DNA of 62,370 nt, counting the filler. It is 6 parts of 6 records of this genome, joined end to end, with 100 filler letters (N's around TTAATTAATTAA, not from the genome) between each part and the next. Parts side by side here need not be neighbours in the genome. Positions count along the whole stretch, not along the records: positions 49,206 to 56,725 come from SRR31147125_18542; positions 56,826 to 62,370 come from SRR31147125_18543; 4 more parts are not named here. The stretch is one strand, 5' to 3'. Under the pieces are notes generated by a model. The model saw only the letters and a list, made by a program, of their open reading frames with translations, did not search any database and was not told where the DNA came from. Position 1 is the stretch's first letter; every line of letters starts with the position of its first letter. Shown piece by piece: positions 51,856-62,200 of the stretch. A program made the position numbers and the translations under genes.

Positions 51856-52921
51856 ATCTGAAGGAACAATATTATTTTGTAGCGCAATGTCTCACCCTTG
51901 ATCAATTTCCTGAAATTAGGGATAAGGTGATTTCTGCATTTTCGAATGGAGAAGTTTTATATGAAAATTTTATTTCAATATGCGATAAAAATCTTATTCT
52001 GCCTGTAATATACCTTAAGTTTAAAAGGCACGATTTATTGTATTTATTTCCCGAAGATCTGATTTTGCAACTTCAAAATATTTATGAATTAAATAAAAAC
52101 CGTAATACTGCTATTCTTAAGCAGGTTGATGAAATAAATTTAAAATTAGATCAAGTAGGAATAGAACCGGTTTATTTAAAAGGAGTAGCCCATATTCTTG
52201 ATGGTTTGTATACTGATATTGGAGAAAGAATGTTGATTGATATAGATCTTCTGGTAAAAGAAGAACACTATTTTAATACAGTGCATTTTATAAAGGAATT
52301 GAATTATAAAGAACATAAAGAAGACCCTGGTAATGCTTTGCCACACACTAAACACTACACTCCACTATTCCGTAATAACGATTTTGCAACGGTAGAAATT
52401 CATCGGTACCCGGTAGATTTTAACTACTCCAAGAATTTTTCAACTGAAAATATGTTTAAAAGGAAGTTGAAGATAAATGGTAATCTAAACTTTTTTATTC
52501 CCTGCGATGAGGATAAAATTGTCCATAATTTTATTCACAGTCAGCTCAGTGATTTAGGATATATTTTAAAATCAACTTCTATAAGAGATATGTATGATAT
52601 GTATCTTCTATCTCTAAGAAGGACTTCAAAAAGCCAAGTTAAAATAAAACAATATAAAAAGAGATTTTGTGCTTATACCTATTATGTGAGTGAGGTATTT
52701 AACACCATGGTATTTTTGAAAGAACGCCTGATTTAAGAACTGTAATTCACCGGAAATTAAGCGATTTTTTTCTGAATCATCCAAAAACAAACAATAGATA
52801 TATTCATATAATTTATTTTTTCCGACGCTACTTTATGTATTATCCCAGTCGATATTATAAAGTAATATTTAGCAAAGCATATAGAAAATATTTGTTCGAA
52901 AGGAAATTGGCGAATACGTGA
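51852..52921 (+). CDS. Nucleotidyltransferase family protein (NTP_transf_5-like; apparent 1-nt deletion near 52713-52717)
   Basis: PVYLKG, GERMLIDIDLLV, VEIH; restored frame is open to TGA 52919-52921. Confidence 0.82.
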
Positions 52922-52966
52922 AATTACAACATGTGAAAATATATAGTTGAACTAACATAAAATATT

Positions 52967-53305
52967 ATGCCAGTATTAAAATTCAAAAACACCCCTTACG
53001 AAAACCTAAGAGAAGGCTTAAACCGGAAAATAATCCACACAAATAATCTAATGACTGTGTTGATTGATTTCAGTGATGGACCTTGGCAGGAACCGGAACC
53101 ACCACATTCACATCCGCACGAGCAAATTTCTTACATTGCAGAAGGTGAAATTATTTTTTTCTGTGAAGGAGAAGACGAACAACATTTGAAAGCAGGTGAT
53201 ATGTTTGCTGTTCCTTCAGGTAAAAAGCATACTATTCAGCTGCTTACTGAAAAAGCGCGTTTAGTCGACAGCTTTAACCCTATTCGGGAAGACTTTCTGA
53301 AATAA
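52967..53305 (+). CDS. Cupin domain protein (KdgF-like)
   Basis: PHSHPHEQISY, GDMFAVPSGKKH, DSFNPIREDFL. Confidence 0.85.
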   Translation: MPVLKFKNTPYENLREGLNRKIIHTNNLMTVLIDFSDGPWQEPEPPHSHPHEQISYIAEGEIIFFCEGEDEQHLKAGDMFAVPSGKKHTIQLLTEKARLVDSFNPIREDFLK

Positions 53306-54109
53306 TTAGAAATTATAAACCAGTGATAATCCTTTTTGTTTGCCCATTTTAAACGGAAAAATGTCGAAGTTTTTCAAATGTTCTTTATCCCACTTATAAA
53401 GGTGAGTCCTGTAAATAATTTCGGTTGAAAGAATGCCAATACCGGCACCAACTAATACATCCGAAACCCAGTGTGCATCTTTGGCAACGCGCATAAAGGC
53501 AACTGTAGTGGCGCTGGCATAAGCTCCAATACTAAACCAAGGACTAATGTGGCCATATTCTTTATGCATAAAATGGGCAAAAACAAAGGCCGTTGATGAA
53601 TGCCCTGATGGGAAAGAACGCTTTCCTCCGTTTGGCCGTTCAACATTAGTCCATTCTTTTAAGCTTACTACAATTAAATCGTTTAGAATAAGACTTTTCA
53701 GAGCTAGCGCTGTGCGGTTTCCAAAGTTGTTTTTTCCTTTTAGTCCGAAAGCGTTCAGAGCATAGACTGTGGCGGCAGGAAGATAACGCAAAGGATCTTC
53801 AACGGTGCCGGAATACAATACGTGATCCGAGGCCCAATTTTGAAGTTTTTGTTTTGAATCGGAAAAATGAAGTGCTGTTCCGCCTGCAATTAAAATGCCC
53901 GATACTATATAGGGGCTGGCTCCTTTGTTTTCTTTGTTCGGCTTAAAAGTATAGTTTTTGGTTGTATCAGTATGAAGTAATTGTGCCTGCGAAAATATTG
54001 GTGCCGGCTTTGAATTGTGTCCTTCAAAAATATTTTCGGCATTCGAAGTTTTTATTGATAATAAAATAGAAATTAAAAAGAGAGTTAGAATGATAGTGTG
54101 TTTTTCCAT
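53306..54109 (-). CDS. PAP2-family phosphatase
   Basis: K.....RP, SFPSGHS, R...DAHWVSDV. Confidence 0.9.
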   Translation of the reverse strand: MEKHTIILTLFLISILLSIKTSNAENIFEGHNSKPAPIFSQAQLLHTDTTKNYTFKPNKENKGASPYIVSGILIAGGTALHFSDSKQKLQNWASDHVLYSGTVEDPLRYLPAATVYALNAFGLKGKNNFGNRTALALKSLILNDLIVVSLKEWTNVERPNGGKRSFPSGHSSTAFVFAHFMHKEYGHISPWFSIGAYASATTVAFMRVAKDAHWVSDVLVGAGIGILSTEIIYRTHLYKWDKEHLKNFDIFPFKMGKQKGLSLVYNF

Positions 54110-54227
54110 GTCATAAAAATATAAAAAAGATTGAATGCTGGTTTAGCAACAACAGGAGAGGAGTGTTTTGGTTTATCAAAATTCGTAATTTATCACTATC
54201 TTGGCTGAAACACTAAATGCAACCATT

Positions 54228-54926
54228 ATGAACATACAGCGAAAGTTAATCGTTACTACGGTTTTCATATTCTCCGTATTTGGAGTTTATTCTCAGGTTA
54301 CCATTTTTGCCGGAGCCAGTGCAAATAATGTTTCGTATAAATATGGTACCGGTGCCGAATTAGATGATTCGTATAAGATGAAATTGGGTTATCATGCCGG
54401 GATTTTGGGCGAACTGGTATTAAAAGGAAGCAGAAAAGAAGAATTTGTTGTTGAAAGTGGATTATTATTTGATACCAAAGGCTCAAAACAAGAATTTTCA
54501 ACTTCGGAGGTTACTGTAGAAAACACAACCAACTTGTTTTATGTAGATATTCCATTGCTACTAAAATACCGCTACAAATTGCGCTCGCGCGACAAAGTTT
54601 ATTTCGGTGCAGGTCCTTTTGTTGGAGTTGGAATTCTGGGAACCCAAAAAGGAACTGAATATTTATTGGGTGTTGAAGGTTCTGAATATTCACATGATGT
54701 TGTTTGGGGGAGTGATGATGAATCAGATTTAAAACGTTTTGACTACGGTGCTACAGCGCGTTTGGGCCTGATGATGTATAATGGACTTGATATTTCTTTA
54801 TCGTATGATTTTGGTTTAGCCAATATTGCTGCTTTGGATGAGTCAATCGAAATTAATACCCGGGTAATGCGCCTGTCACTTGGATACGCTTTTGGACAAC
54901 AGAAAAAAAGGCCTTATCGTCGTTAA
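54228..54926 (+). CDS. Porin-family outer-membrane beta-barrel (Bacteroidota OMP_b-brl_2-like)
   Basis: Signal peptide; GYHAG, YVDIPLLLKY, GAGPFVG, FDYG, LSLGYAF. Confidence 0.82.
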   Translation: MNIQRKLIVTTVFIFSVFGVYSQVTIFAGASANNVSYKYGTGAELDDSYKMKLGYHAGILGELVLKGSRKEEFVVESGLLFDTKGSKQEFSTSEVTVENTTNLFYVDIPLLLKYRYKLRSRDKVYFGAGPFVGVGILGTQKGTEYLLGVEGSEYSHDVVWGSDDESDLKRFDYGATARLGLMMYNGLDISLSYDFGLANIAALDESIEINTRVMRLSLGYAFGQQKKRPYRR

Positions 54927-55807
54927 TGAGAAAGATTTCGGAAAATATACCAGTTTACAGCCTCGAAAGTTTTAGTTCAGAAGAGCGGCGTAGTCAGCAA
55001 TTTCAGGTTGAAGTATTCGATGCCAATCGTCATTTTTCTGTGAAATATCCACACCGGCACGACTTTTTTGAAGTGCTGTATCTACAAAAAGGAACCGGAT
55101 TTCATGTAATTGACGGGAATAAATACGAAATAAAACCGCCCTGTGTATTTTTTATGTCGCAGGGACAGGCACATAAAATTGAGTTTTCGCACGACATTGA
55201 AGGTTACATCTATATTTTCACTCCGGAATTTTACCTTATAAATCAAAACAACCAAAATCGCTTGATTGAGTTTCCGTTCTTTTTCACTATCAGGCAAGAT
55301 AATCCTCCACTGCAGTTAGAAAATAGTGCAGATGTGTATTTTTTAGAACGCCTGTTTAAAAAAGGAGTTTCAGAATTGGAAAATCCCGCAGGACATTCTT
55401 TGGATTTACTTCGTTCGTTGCTCGATTTAATTTTAACATCGTGTGCCGCTTTGTATAAAATAGACGAGAATATTTTAAAAGGCAAAGGACACATTGTGGT
55501 GAAGAAGTTTTTCCAGCTGGTGGAAGAAAATTATTTGAATAACCTAACTGTTGCACAATATGCCGATTTAATGGCGCTTACCGCGAATCATTTAACCCAA
55601 ACGGTTACACAACTTACCGGAAAAACATCGTCGCAAATAATTAAATCGAAACAAATTCTTGAAATAAAACGTTTGCTGGTTCATACCAATTTAAGTGTAA
55701 CCGAAATTGCTACGCGGTTAAACTTCTCCGACCAAAGTTATTTTGCCAAATTTTTTAAGCGCGAAGTTGGCGTTTCTCCATTGCAGTACCGTACACAATC
55801 GCTTTAG
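54926..55807 (+). CDS. AraC-family transcriptional regulator
   Basis: PHRHDFFE; C-terminal EIATRLNFSDQSYFAKFFKREVGVSPLQYR. Confidence 0.93.
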   Translation: MRKISENIPVYSLESFSSEERRSQQFQVEVFDANRHFSVKYPHRHDFFEVLYLQKGTGFHVIDGNKYEIKPPCVFFMSQGQAHKIEFSHDIEGYIYIFTPEFYLINQNNQNRLIEFPFFFTIRQDNPPLQLENSADVYFLERLFKKGVSELENPAGHSLDLLRSLLDLILTSCAALYKIDENILKGKGHIVVKKFFQLVEENYLNNLTVAQYADLMALTANHLTQTVTQLTGKTSSQIIKSKQILEIKRLLVHTNLSVTEIATRLNFSDQSYFAKFFKREVGVSPLQYRTQSL

Positions 55808-56008
55808 GTGTCTTGCAAAATTGCAAGTTGATATTTTGCTTAATCTGTTGAAAATTAAAAGAGTGTTTAACAGTATTTAACTATCTGGTAAAATGTAATC
55901 CATGAAAATTACCTAAAAAACGTGTAATTTTACATTCTACTTCGCTGAATATTTTATTGCTTTGTAATCATAAAATTCAGTATATATTAATCTTAAAAAA
56001 ATAGACAG

Positions 56009-56725
56009 ATGGCAAATTATTTCAATTCCATTCCTTTAAGGATTCAATTAGAGCAGTTAGGAAAATGCGATTTTATGGATGAATCGGAATTTTCTGATGG
56101 TGTTAAAAAATTGGAAGGTAAAAAAGTTGTAGTACTTGGATGTGGTGCCCAAGGTTTGGCGCAAGGTTTAAATATGCGCGACAGTGGCTTAGATATTTCT
56201 TATGCCATCCGTCAGGTGGAAATTGATGAGAAACAAGTATCGTACACTAATGCTACCGACAACAATTTTGAGGTAGGTACTTTCGAAGAAATGGTTCCTA
56301 AAGCTGATTTAGTTTTAAACCTTACTCCAGATAAATACCACACTCCGGTTGTTAATTCGGCATTGCCTTTAATGAAAAAAGGTGCTTGTTTATCTTATTC
56401 ACACGGTTTTAACATTGTTGAAGAAGGTATGCAAATTCGTGAGGATATTACTGTAATTATGGTAGCTCCTAAATCGCCTGCAACCGAGGTTCGCGCTGAG
56501 TACTTGCGTGGTTTTGGTGTTCCTATTTTAATTGCTGTTCACCGCGAAAACGACCCGAATGGCGATGGTTTGGAAATTGCAAAAGCATATTGTGCAGCTA
56601 CTGGTGGTCATAAAGCCGGTGTTCTTCACTCTTCGTTTGTTGCCGAGGTAAAATCAGACCTTATGGGCGAGCAAACTATTCTTTGTGGTGTATTGCAAAC
56701 AGGTTCAATCCTTTGTTTCGACAAA
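56009..56725 (+). CDS. ilvC: Ketol-acid reductoisomerase (long, class II type), 3'-truncated
   Basis: [38 protein letters not shown]. Confidence 0.96.
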
Positions 56726-56825
56726 NNNNNNNNNNNNNNNNNNNNNNNNNNNNNNNNNNNNNNNNNNNNTTAATTAATTAANNNNNNNNNNNNNNNNNNN
56801 NNNNNNNNNNNNNNNNNNNNNNNNN
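56726..56825. other. Artificial contig linker
   Basis: N44-TTAATTAATTAA-N44. Confidence 0.98.
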
Positions 56826-56826
56826 T

Positions 56827-58110
56827 TTTTCCCCCATACTTTTCAGCAATTTTTGGGTAACAGCCAGTACATTTCGATCGGATTTCAGCTTTGATGTCAT
56901 AACTGAAAAGAATACAATTAATGATTTCACCGTAAAAGGTGATTTGGAGTATTATTATTTAAAAAATCTGAATGCCAAATTCGGATTTGAGGTGAAAAGT
57001 TTGACAGGGGAATATGTGCAGGATTTTCCCGGCGGCCATGTCAATGTAAATAATGATTCCAGGCACTATGCCGGCTATGTCCAGGGAAACTGGCGGCCGA
57101 CGCCACTGTGGGATATTCAGGCTGGTTTGCGATATAATTATTTTGATTCGAATAAGGATTTTCAGTCTCTGTCTCCCCGTTTCTCCATGAAATACCGGCT
57201 TTCTGAAACTACAAATCTTAAATCGGCTTTCGGGATGTATAATCAATATTTGTTCAAGATTCCCCGTACATTTGTTGTTGATATTTGGACAAACGCAGAT
57301 CAATATTATAGCGGGTCCAAAGCAAATCATTATCTTTTGGGATTTCAGAAAGAAGTGGCTCAGGATTATGAATTCGAAGTAGAAGCGTTTTATAAAGATT
57401 ATCGAAATATATACGACTTTTCTTACTTTTTTTATGTGGATATAGAACCAGGCCGTTACAATAGCGATGGTGAACCCATATATACGTCAGCAAACGGGCT
57501 GTTTGATCGTGGAAAAGGTGAATCTTTGGGACTCGAATTTATGTTTCGTAAAGATATTGGTCTGGTTACTGGCTGGCTCTCATACACGCTTGGGCGTACG
57601 CAATTTAATATGACCGGTATTAATGATAATAATGATTTTCCGCCGCGACATGATCGGCTTTCCATGTTAAATCTTGTGACAAATATGGATCTCAGAAATG
57701 TTTTTCGCACGATAAAGGGGCGGCCTCAAAAAGATGATCGGACAAAGTGGCGTCTGGGACTTTCACTGGTTTACGCGTCTGGACAACCCATTACGACGAC
57801 AAGCTCTATCTATTTTACAACACCTTTGCCAGATCAACCCTTTGATAATAGCTTGAATCTTTATCCGACAGAAAAAAATAATTTTCGATTGCCAGCTTAC
57901 ATGCGTCTGGATCTTTCTCTTTCCTATGAGAAAAAATATAAATCCTGGTCATATTCTCCGTATTTGCAAATATATAATATTGGAAATCGTAAAAATGTCT
58001 GGTATATCGATTACGACAGGAAAGTGGAAAACGAGACACTTGTTCAGGAGATCGACACGATTAGTATGCTCCCAATTTTACCAACTATTGGTGTGAATAT
58101 AAATTTTTAA
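56827..58110 (+). CDS. TonB-dependent receptor, 5'-truncated
   Basis: Frame open from the contig edge; AGLRY, LSPRFS, GWLSYT, RLPAYMRLDLS, C-terminal Phe. Confidence 0.88.
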   Translation, partial: FSPILFSNFWVTASTFRSDFSFDVITEKNTINDFTVKGDLEYYYLKNLNAKFGFEVKSLTGEYVQDFPGGHVNVNNDSRHYAGYVQGNWRPTPLWDIQAGLRYNYFDSNKDFQSLSPRFSMKYRLSETTNLKSAFGMYNQYLFKIPRTFVVDIWTNADQYYSGSKANHYLLGFQKEVAQDYEFEVEAFYKDYRNIYDFSYFFYVDIEPGRYNSDGEPIYTSANGLFDRGKGESLGLEFMFRKDIGLVTGWLSYTLGRTQFNMTGINDNNDFPPRHDRLSMLNLVTNMDLRNVFRTIKGRPQKDDRTKWRLGLSLVYASGQPITTTSSIYFTTPLPDQPFDNSLNLYPTEKNNFRLPAYMRLDLSLSYEKKYKSWSYSPYLQIYNIGNRKNVWYIDYDRKVENETLVQEIDTISMLPILPTIGVNINF

Positions 58111-58188
58111 ATATAATTTTGTTTATAAAACATGTAACAGTAACAGGTTTGTTGAAACTAATTATTTGGTATATGAAAGATTTGAAAA

Positions 58189-59118
58189 TTGTATATGGAG
58201 TCTGATGTGAGACTAGTATTAATAAAAATGTTATTTTTGGCTTTAACTTTGTTTGTACTTTCATGTGGAGAGGGTGTTGTTAATGTGGATGATAAAAGTT
58301 TTGAACCCAAGATCGTTTTGGAGGGTTACATATCACCTCATCAAAAGGTTAAGGAGGTCCGAATATCGAGAAATTTTCCTTTGAATCAAAAGATCGATAT
58401 TCAGAAATTTATAATATCAGATGCTTCAGTTGTGCTTACGGACCTGGAAAGTCAGCAGGAATATCCGCTAACATATCACCCCGGGCTTTTTGCATATGAA
58501 TATCAGGGTAATGACCTGGAAATAGAGCATGGAAAAAGTTACCAACTTGATGTGGCGGCGACTATTGACGGTAAAAATTTATTTGCCAGCTCTACAACCA
58601 CTGTGCCTCTAGCCGGATTTGCCATAAATGAGGAGTTGTCCGAGTTAGAGCCTATGGCTTACAGAGAAATGGATGAAAACAATAATCTTAAAAATTTCAA
58701 GATCGCATTTAGCAAATCATCAAATATCGATTTTTATGTCTTGTCTATTATAGCTCTGGATGCCTCTTTGGAAACATTTATTGAAGATAATCCTCTAGGG
58801 ATCGAAAGAAAAGATCTGGAGGATGATGATGATTTATTTGCGCAGTTTAAATACACGGAAGATTGGTTGCAATCCTCTTTTGGATCAGGAGCAATTTCCC
58901 GGCATGAGATATTATGGTTTTTTACCTGGTTTTACGGACGATATCGTGCTATCATGTACGCTGGAGATCAAAATTTTAAATATTATTTTACCACTCACGA
59001 GCAAGTTCAGGATATTGATGGTAATCTGTATGAGCCAAAATTTAATATAGATGGTGACGGAATTGGTGTTTTCGGTTCGTTTGTTGCCGATACCGTTTAT
59101 TTTGAGATAACAAGATAA
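58189..59118 (+). CDS. DUF4249-like lipoprotein partnering the TonB-dependent receptor
   Basis: Lipobox VLSC; KIVLEGYI; NIDGDGIGVFGS; true start may be GTG 58207 or ATG 58228. Confidence 0.75.
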   Translation: MYMESDVRLVLIKMLFLALTLFVLSCGEGVVNVDDKSFEPKIVLEGYISPHQKVKEVRISRNFPLNQKIDIQKFIISDASVVLTDLESQQEYPLTYHPGLFAYEYQGNDLEIEHGKSYQLDVAATIDGKNLFASSTTTVPLAGFAINEELSELEPMAYREMDENNNLKNFKIAFSKSSNIDFYVLSIIALDASLETFIEDNPLGIERKDLEDDDDLFAQFKYTEDWLQSSFGSGAISRHEILWFFTWFYGRYRAIMYAGDQNFKYYFTTHEQVQDIDGNLYEPKFNIDGDGIGVFGSFVADTVYFEITR

Positions 59119-59141
59119 GGGTGCAACGACCCGGTACTAAA

Positions 59142-59184
59142 AAAACGTGACAAAGATTGTTATTACGAATCTCTGTCACGTTTA
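59142..59184. terminator. Bidirectional terminator
   Basis: AAACGTGACAAAGATT...AATCTCTGTCACGTTT between convergent genes. Confidence 0.7.
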
Positions 59185-59208
59185 AAAAAAATAGCTAATT
59201 GTTTTTAT

Positions 59209-62200
59209 TTATTCATCTTGCATCATATTTAGCAAATTCAGCAAAACCGGAAAGTCTCTGTCACCGCCACCGGGATTCCAGGGAGTTCCTTCCTTTTTTT
59301 GTGTCTGCGATTTTAATATATTTTGAGCTGTGGTGTTGTCACCATTGAATTTGGCCATAGACCATAAAACAACAATATCATTTGCGGGCCTGGCGTTTTT
59401 CCAATCCTGCAATAGTTTTCCGGCCTTTTGTTTGTCACCCGATTTTTGCATAACAAGAGCACTGATATAATGACCGGCACCCCAGCTGGTCCAATTGTCC
59501 TGAGTGAAATTTATTATATTCTGATACCGTTTCAAGGCCTCATCCGATTTCCCCAATTTTTCATAACACAAGGCTTGAACATAGTCTTCCATTCGTTCAT
59601 CCGTTTTATATGGTTTACCTACACCCAGGTGTTCCGGCCATTCTCTGGCTGAATCGACAAGTTTAACAGCTTTTTTCACATTTCTTGTTTTCATGTTTTC
59701 CACAGCGTGTAATAAATGAGCTTGTCTGTAGAGGGCATGACCTTGCCAGGCACCTTCATTAGGAAGCACGATTGTTTTTTCTAGTACATCCATGCATTCC
59801 TTGAATTTGTTATTATATAACAATACTTTTGCATAATCCAGTGCCAGAAGAGAATTGGCCGACTGTTTTTTATAAATGTATCGGGATGATTTCAAAGCCT
59901 CTTTGTAGCGATTCTGACTTGTGTAGTGATTGGTCAGCAAATGCCAGGTTCGCCATTCTTTTTTGTCGATTTGGGTGGCATGAATCAAATCCTTTAAGGT
60001 TTGTTCGGCAGAATCCCCTTTAAATAGCTGGCTTCTGGAAGTATAAAAGGGACCATAATTTGGTTCGTTGCCACATTGCCGGAATAATTTTTTTGCTTCA
60101 TCAATCCGCCCAAGATTCCAGTAAATCAGGCCAAGATAATAAGCTGCTTTCCAGTCTTTATTGTTTTTGGTTTTGGCCCATTTCATCACAGGGATTGTTT
60201 CCTGGCGGAAGGGGAAAACCAGTTTTGGGGATGACTTTTCTGCTTTTGTCAGAAGCATTTGACTTTGCTCCGGACTTTCAGTTATAGAATACAGATATGC
60301 CAGCCAATAATATACAGAGGAATAATCAGGAGCATTTTTCAGAACGGTTATAGCGTCATGATATTGTCCCAAATTGACATATGTCATAGCTAATTCAAGA
60401 AACGTTTCGTAAGGGATTTCATTACGAATATTGGTCTTGAAGGCTGATAAATTTTTATTGTCCGGATCCAAAAGATAGTGCTCGAAACGGGCGAAATGAT
60501 TCAATGGATCTAATTCCAGAATTTTTGAGACAGTTTTTTCGGCTTTTTCACGATTATTGTTTATTCGATGAATGATAGCAACTGATTTACATGCCTCTAT
60601 ATTGTGGACGTTATATTCCAGAGCGCGTTGAGCATAATGTAAGGCTTTGGTAAAATCAGATTCAAGAGTATATACCCGAGCCATTTGAGTATAGGCTGCA
60701 GAGCGAAATTCCATAGAGCGCGCTGCCCACCCGAAACCATCTTTGGCATCTGCAAATTGTCCCAATTCCGTATTGATGAGCCCATAAATAAAATTAGCAC
60801 CGGCGTCATACGCGTTAACAGCCAAAACCTTTTTTGCGTAATCAAGGGCCGTTGCATATTCGGCACGGCGATAGTACAGTTCTGCTATTCGGGTCAATGC
60901 GCGGCAGTGAGCCGGTTCTTTACCCAAACAAGCCCGGAATTTGGCCAGGGCGCCTGCATAGTTCCTTTGCCGTTCCAACTCTTCCCCTGCCAAACAGAGT
61001 CCTTCGGCAGAATTCCAGTTGAAATCCTTGTTCATCAGGACCGGACGATTAAGGGTTTTGTCTTTTTTATCCGCACTGTTAAAAGTGAGTTTATTGCCGC
61101 CAACAGTGACACGGATATTGGCATCGGCCTGAGTCAGAACAAGAGAATCAAGAAAAACATCCATCGGATCCAGTCGCAGATGTTTCGAATAAATGGATTT
61201 ACCTGCGGCTGTTACGACCAGGTCATCATCCAGTTTTTGGATCGGACAAAGGGCAATTTTTAATACATTCTTTTTTTGTGTTACATTTAATGAACCATAT
61301 GGAGACGCATTTGTGATTCCTCCAGTTTCTTTTACCGGGAACCAAAGTTCGCTCCAATCAGTGTTCGAGTAAGGCGCCAGATTGGCATGCTTGAAGGGAG
61401 TTTTACTGCTTCCCCCACCGGCCTGATTTAAAAGCAAACCGGTTTGGAATTCGATATATTGTGAGTTTCCTTCATCTGTTAGCAAATCCCGCCATATTTC
61501 TCCTGACCGGGATTGAGCCCACAGCCACACTTTTTTACCGGGTTTGTCATCATAAAGAGACCAGTTGACGTAACCAAAATCCGCATTGTTGTAATAGCCG
61601 CCGAAATGTTCGGTATACTCTCCGATAACATGATAAGATTTGGATGGACCAAAATTGTTGTTCCCATAAATGGAAATATTTCGTCCATTATTATCAACAG
61701 GCCAGGGATGCGTGTCTCCTGAATGCCCAATATGTACATTACCAGGAGCGATAATTTTCAAATCCTTTTCGGCATCGGCGGCTGCATTCATCCAGTGATA
61801 ACAGGAAGTGTTCAAGGGTGTCGGATTAAACCAAAAGCACTCTGTTTCGAACCAGGCTTTATCTTTGGGCAAGTTGATTTTCACTCTCCACTCTGTCCTT
61901 GAGGATAGATCCAGGGCACCGACGATACAACTAACACTGCCGTCATCATTTTTTTGTATTATATAATCAACTGGCGTGGCTGTTGTGGGTGTGTGCCCAA
62001 TAGAGCCGAAATTGAATTCGATGCCGCCGGATGTCCAGGGTCCACGCATGGCAATGTTGCGAAATTTAACGACTTTATTAAGATAGATAAACGGCTTGCC
62101 TGTTGATTTCTCAGTCGCGCCCCATATTTTACCGCCAATTTCCGGGGTGACAAGGACTTTAATCCAGGGATTTTCCATCCGTACGACATTCCATTCATGA

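Noticed and set aside
49206-52921. Standard lasso peptide cluster
   Set aside because: No asparagine-synthetase-like cyclase or B2 protease in view, and leaders lack the YxxP motif and penultimate Thr
7796-56825. Five identical TTAATTAATTAA motifs within N runs
   Set aside because: Artificial all-frame-stop linkers, not biological repeats; no synteny should be inferred across them
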